From Planctomycetota bacterium (GTDB taxonomy: Bacteria > Planctomycetota > SZUA-567 > H5-PLA8), in the NCBI GenBank assembly GCA_045863855.1, contig BTVV01000085.1, positions 1-26,036 on the forward strand: a stretch of DNA of 26,036 bases, in the 5' to 3' direction. Shown piece by piece: positions 25,998 to 26,036 of this stretch. Both the position numbers and the translations under genes were made by a program. The notes under the pieces are model-generated. The model saw only the letters and a program-made list of their open reading frames with translations, was not told the origin of the DNA and made no database searches. How positions within the stretch are numbered: position 1 is the first letter of the stretch; each line of letters begins with the position of its first letter.

Positions 25998-26036
25998 GGT
26001 CCTGCTCCTTTGATTCGGTCCGTGCGGGGCGCAGGC

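Noticed and set aside
1..26036. CRISPR array, tRNA/rRNA, IS, integrase or prophage
   Set aside because: No regularly spaced repeats, RNA-gene signatures, transposase, integrase or phage motifs were found by eye. Composition looks uniform apart from the AT-richer smc upstream region.

Overview
GC-rich bacterial chromosomal window (about two-thirds GC by eye). Gene content suggests Planctomycetota/PVC by inference: tandem ExbD, FHA-GAF-sigma54 activator next to a Hanks kinase, AraC/PhyH pair, Zn-ribbon membrane protein. It has 17 supportable CDS, and no rRNA, tRNA, CRISPR or mobile element was seen. In order: a minus-strand operon (ABC ATPase, MacB/FtsX-like permease, His-rich lipoprotein running off the left edge and missing from the ORF track); a PF14907-like nucleotidyltransferase; a divergent AraC/PhyH pair; smc; a secreted PDZ protein; a single-chain protein with two complete Fur domains; a minus-strand operon (Zn-ribbon membrane protein, atypical 2Fe-2S ferredoxin, UDP-glucuronate decarboxylase, polyprenol-kinase/DUF92 fusion) divergent from an ArnT-like GT-C transferase; an overlapping FHA-bEBP / Ser-Thr kinase / secreted GH42-like operon; and two exbD genes. 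The most unusual items are the tandem Fur protein (with a possible internal SD+CTG start), a TAAGTNNTT motif clustered around smc, a ferredoxin with Asp at the third Cys ligand position, and an SMC tail ending in 11 glycines. Most of the window is ordinary core or envelope DNA. Family calls come from motif recognition without database searches, so novelty is untested.
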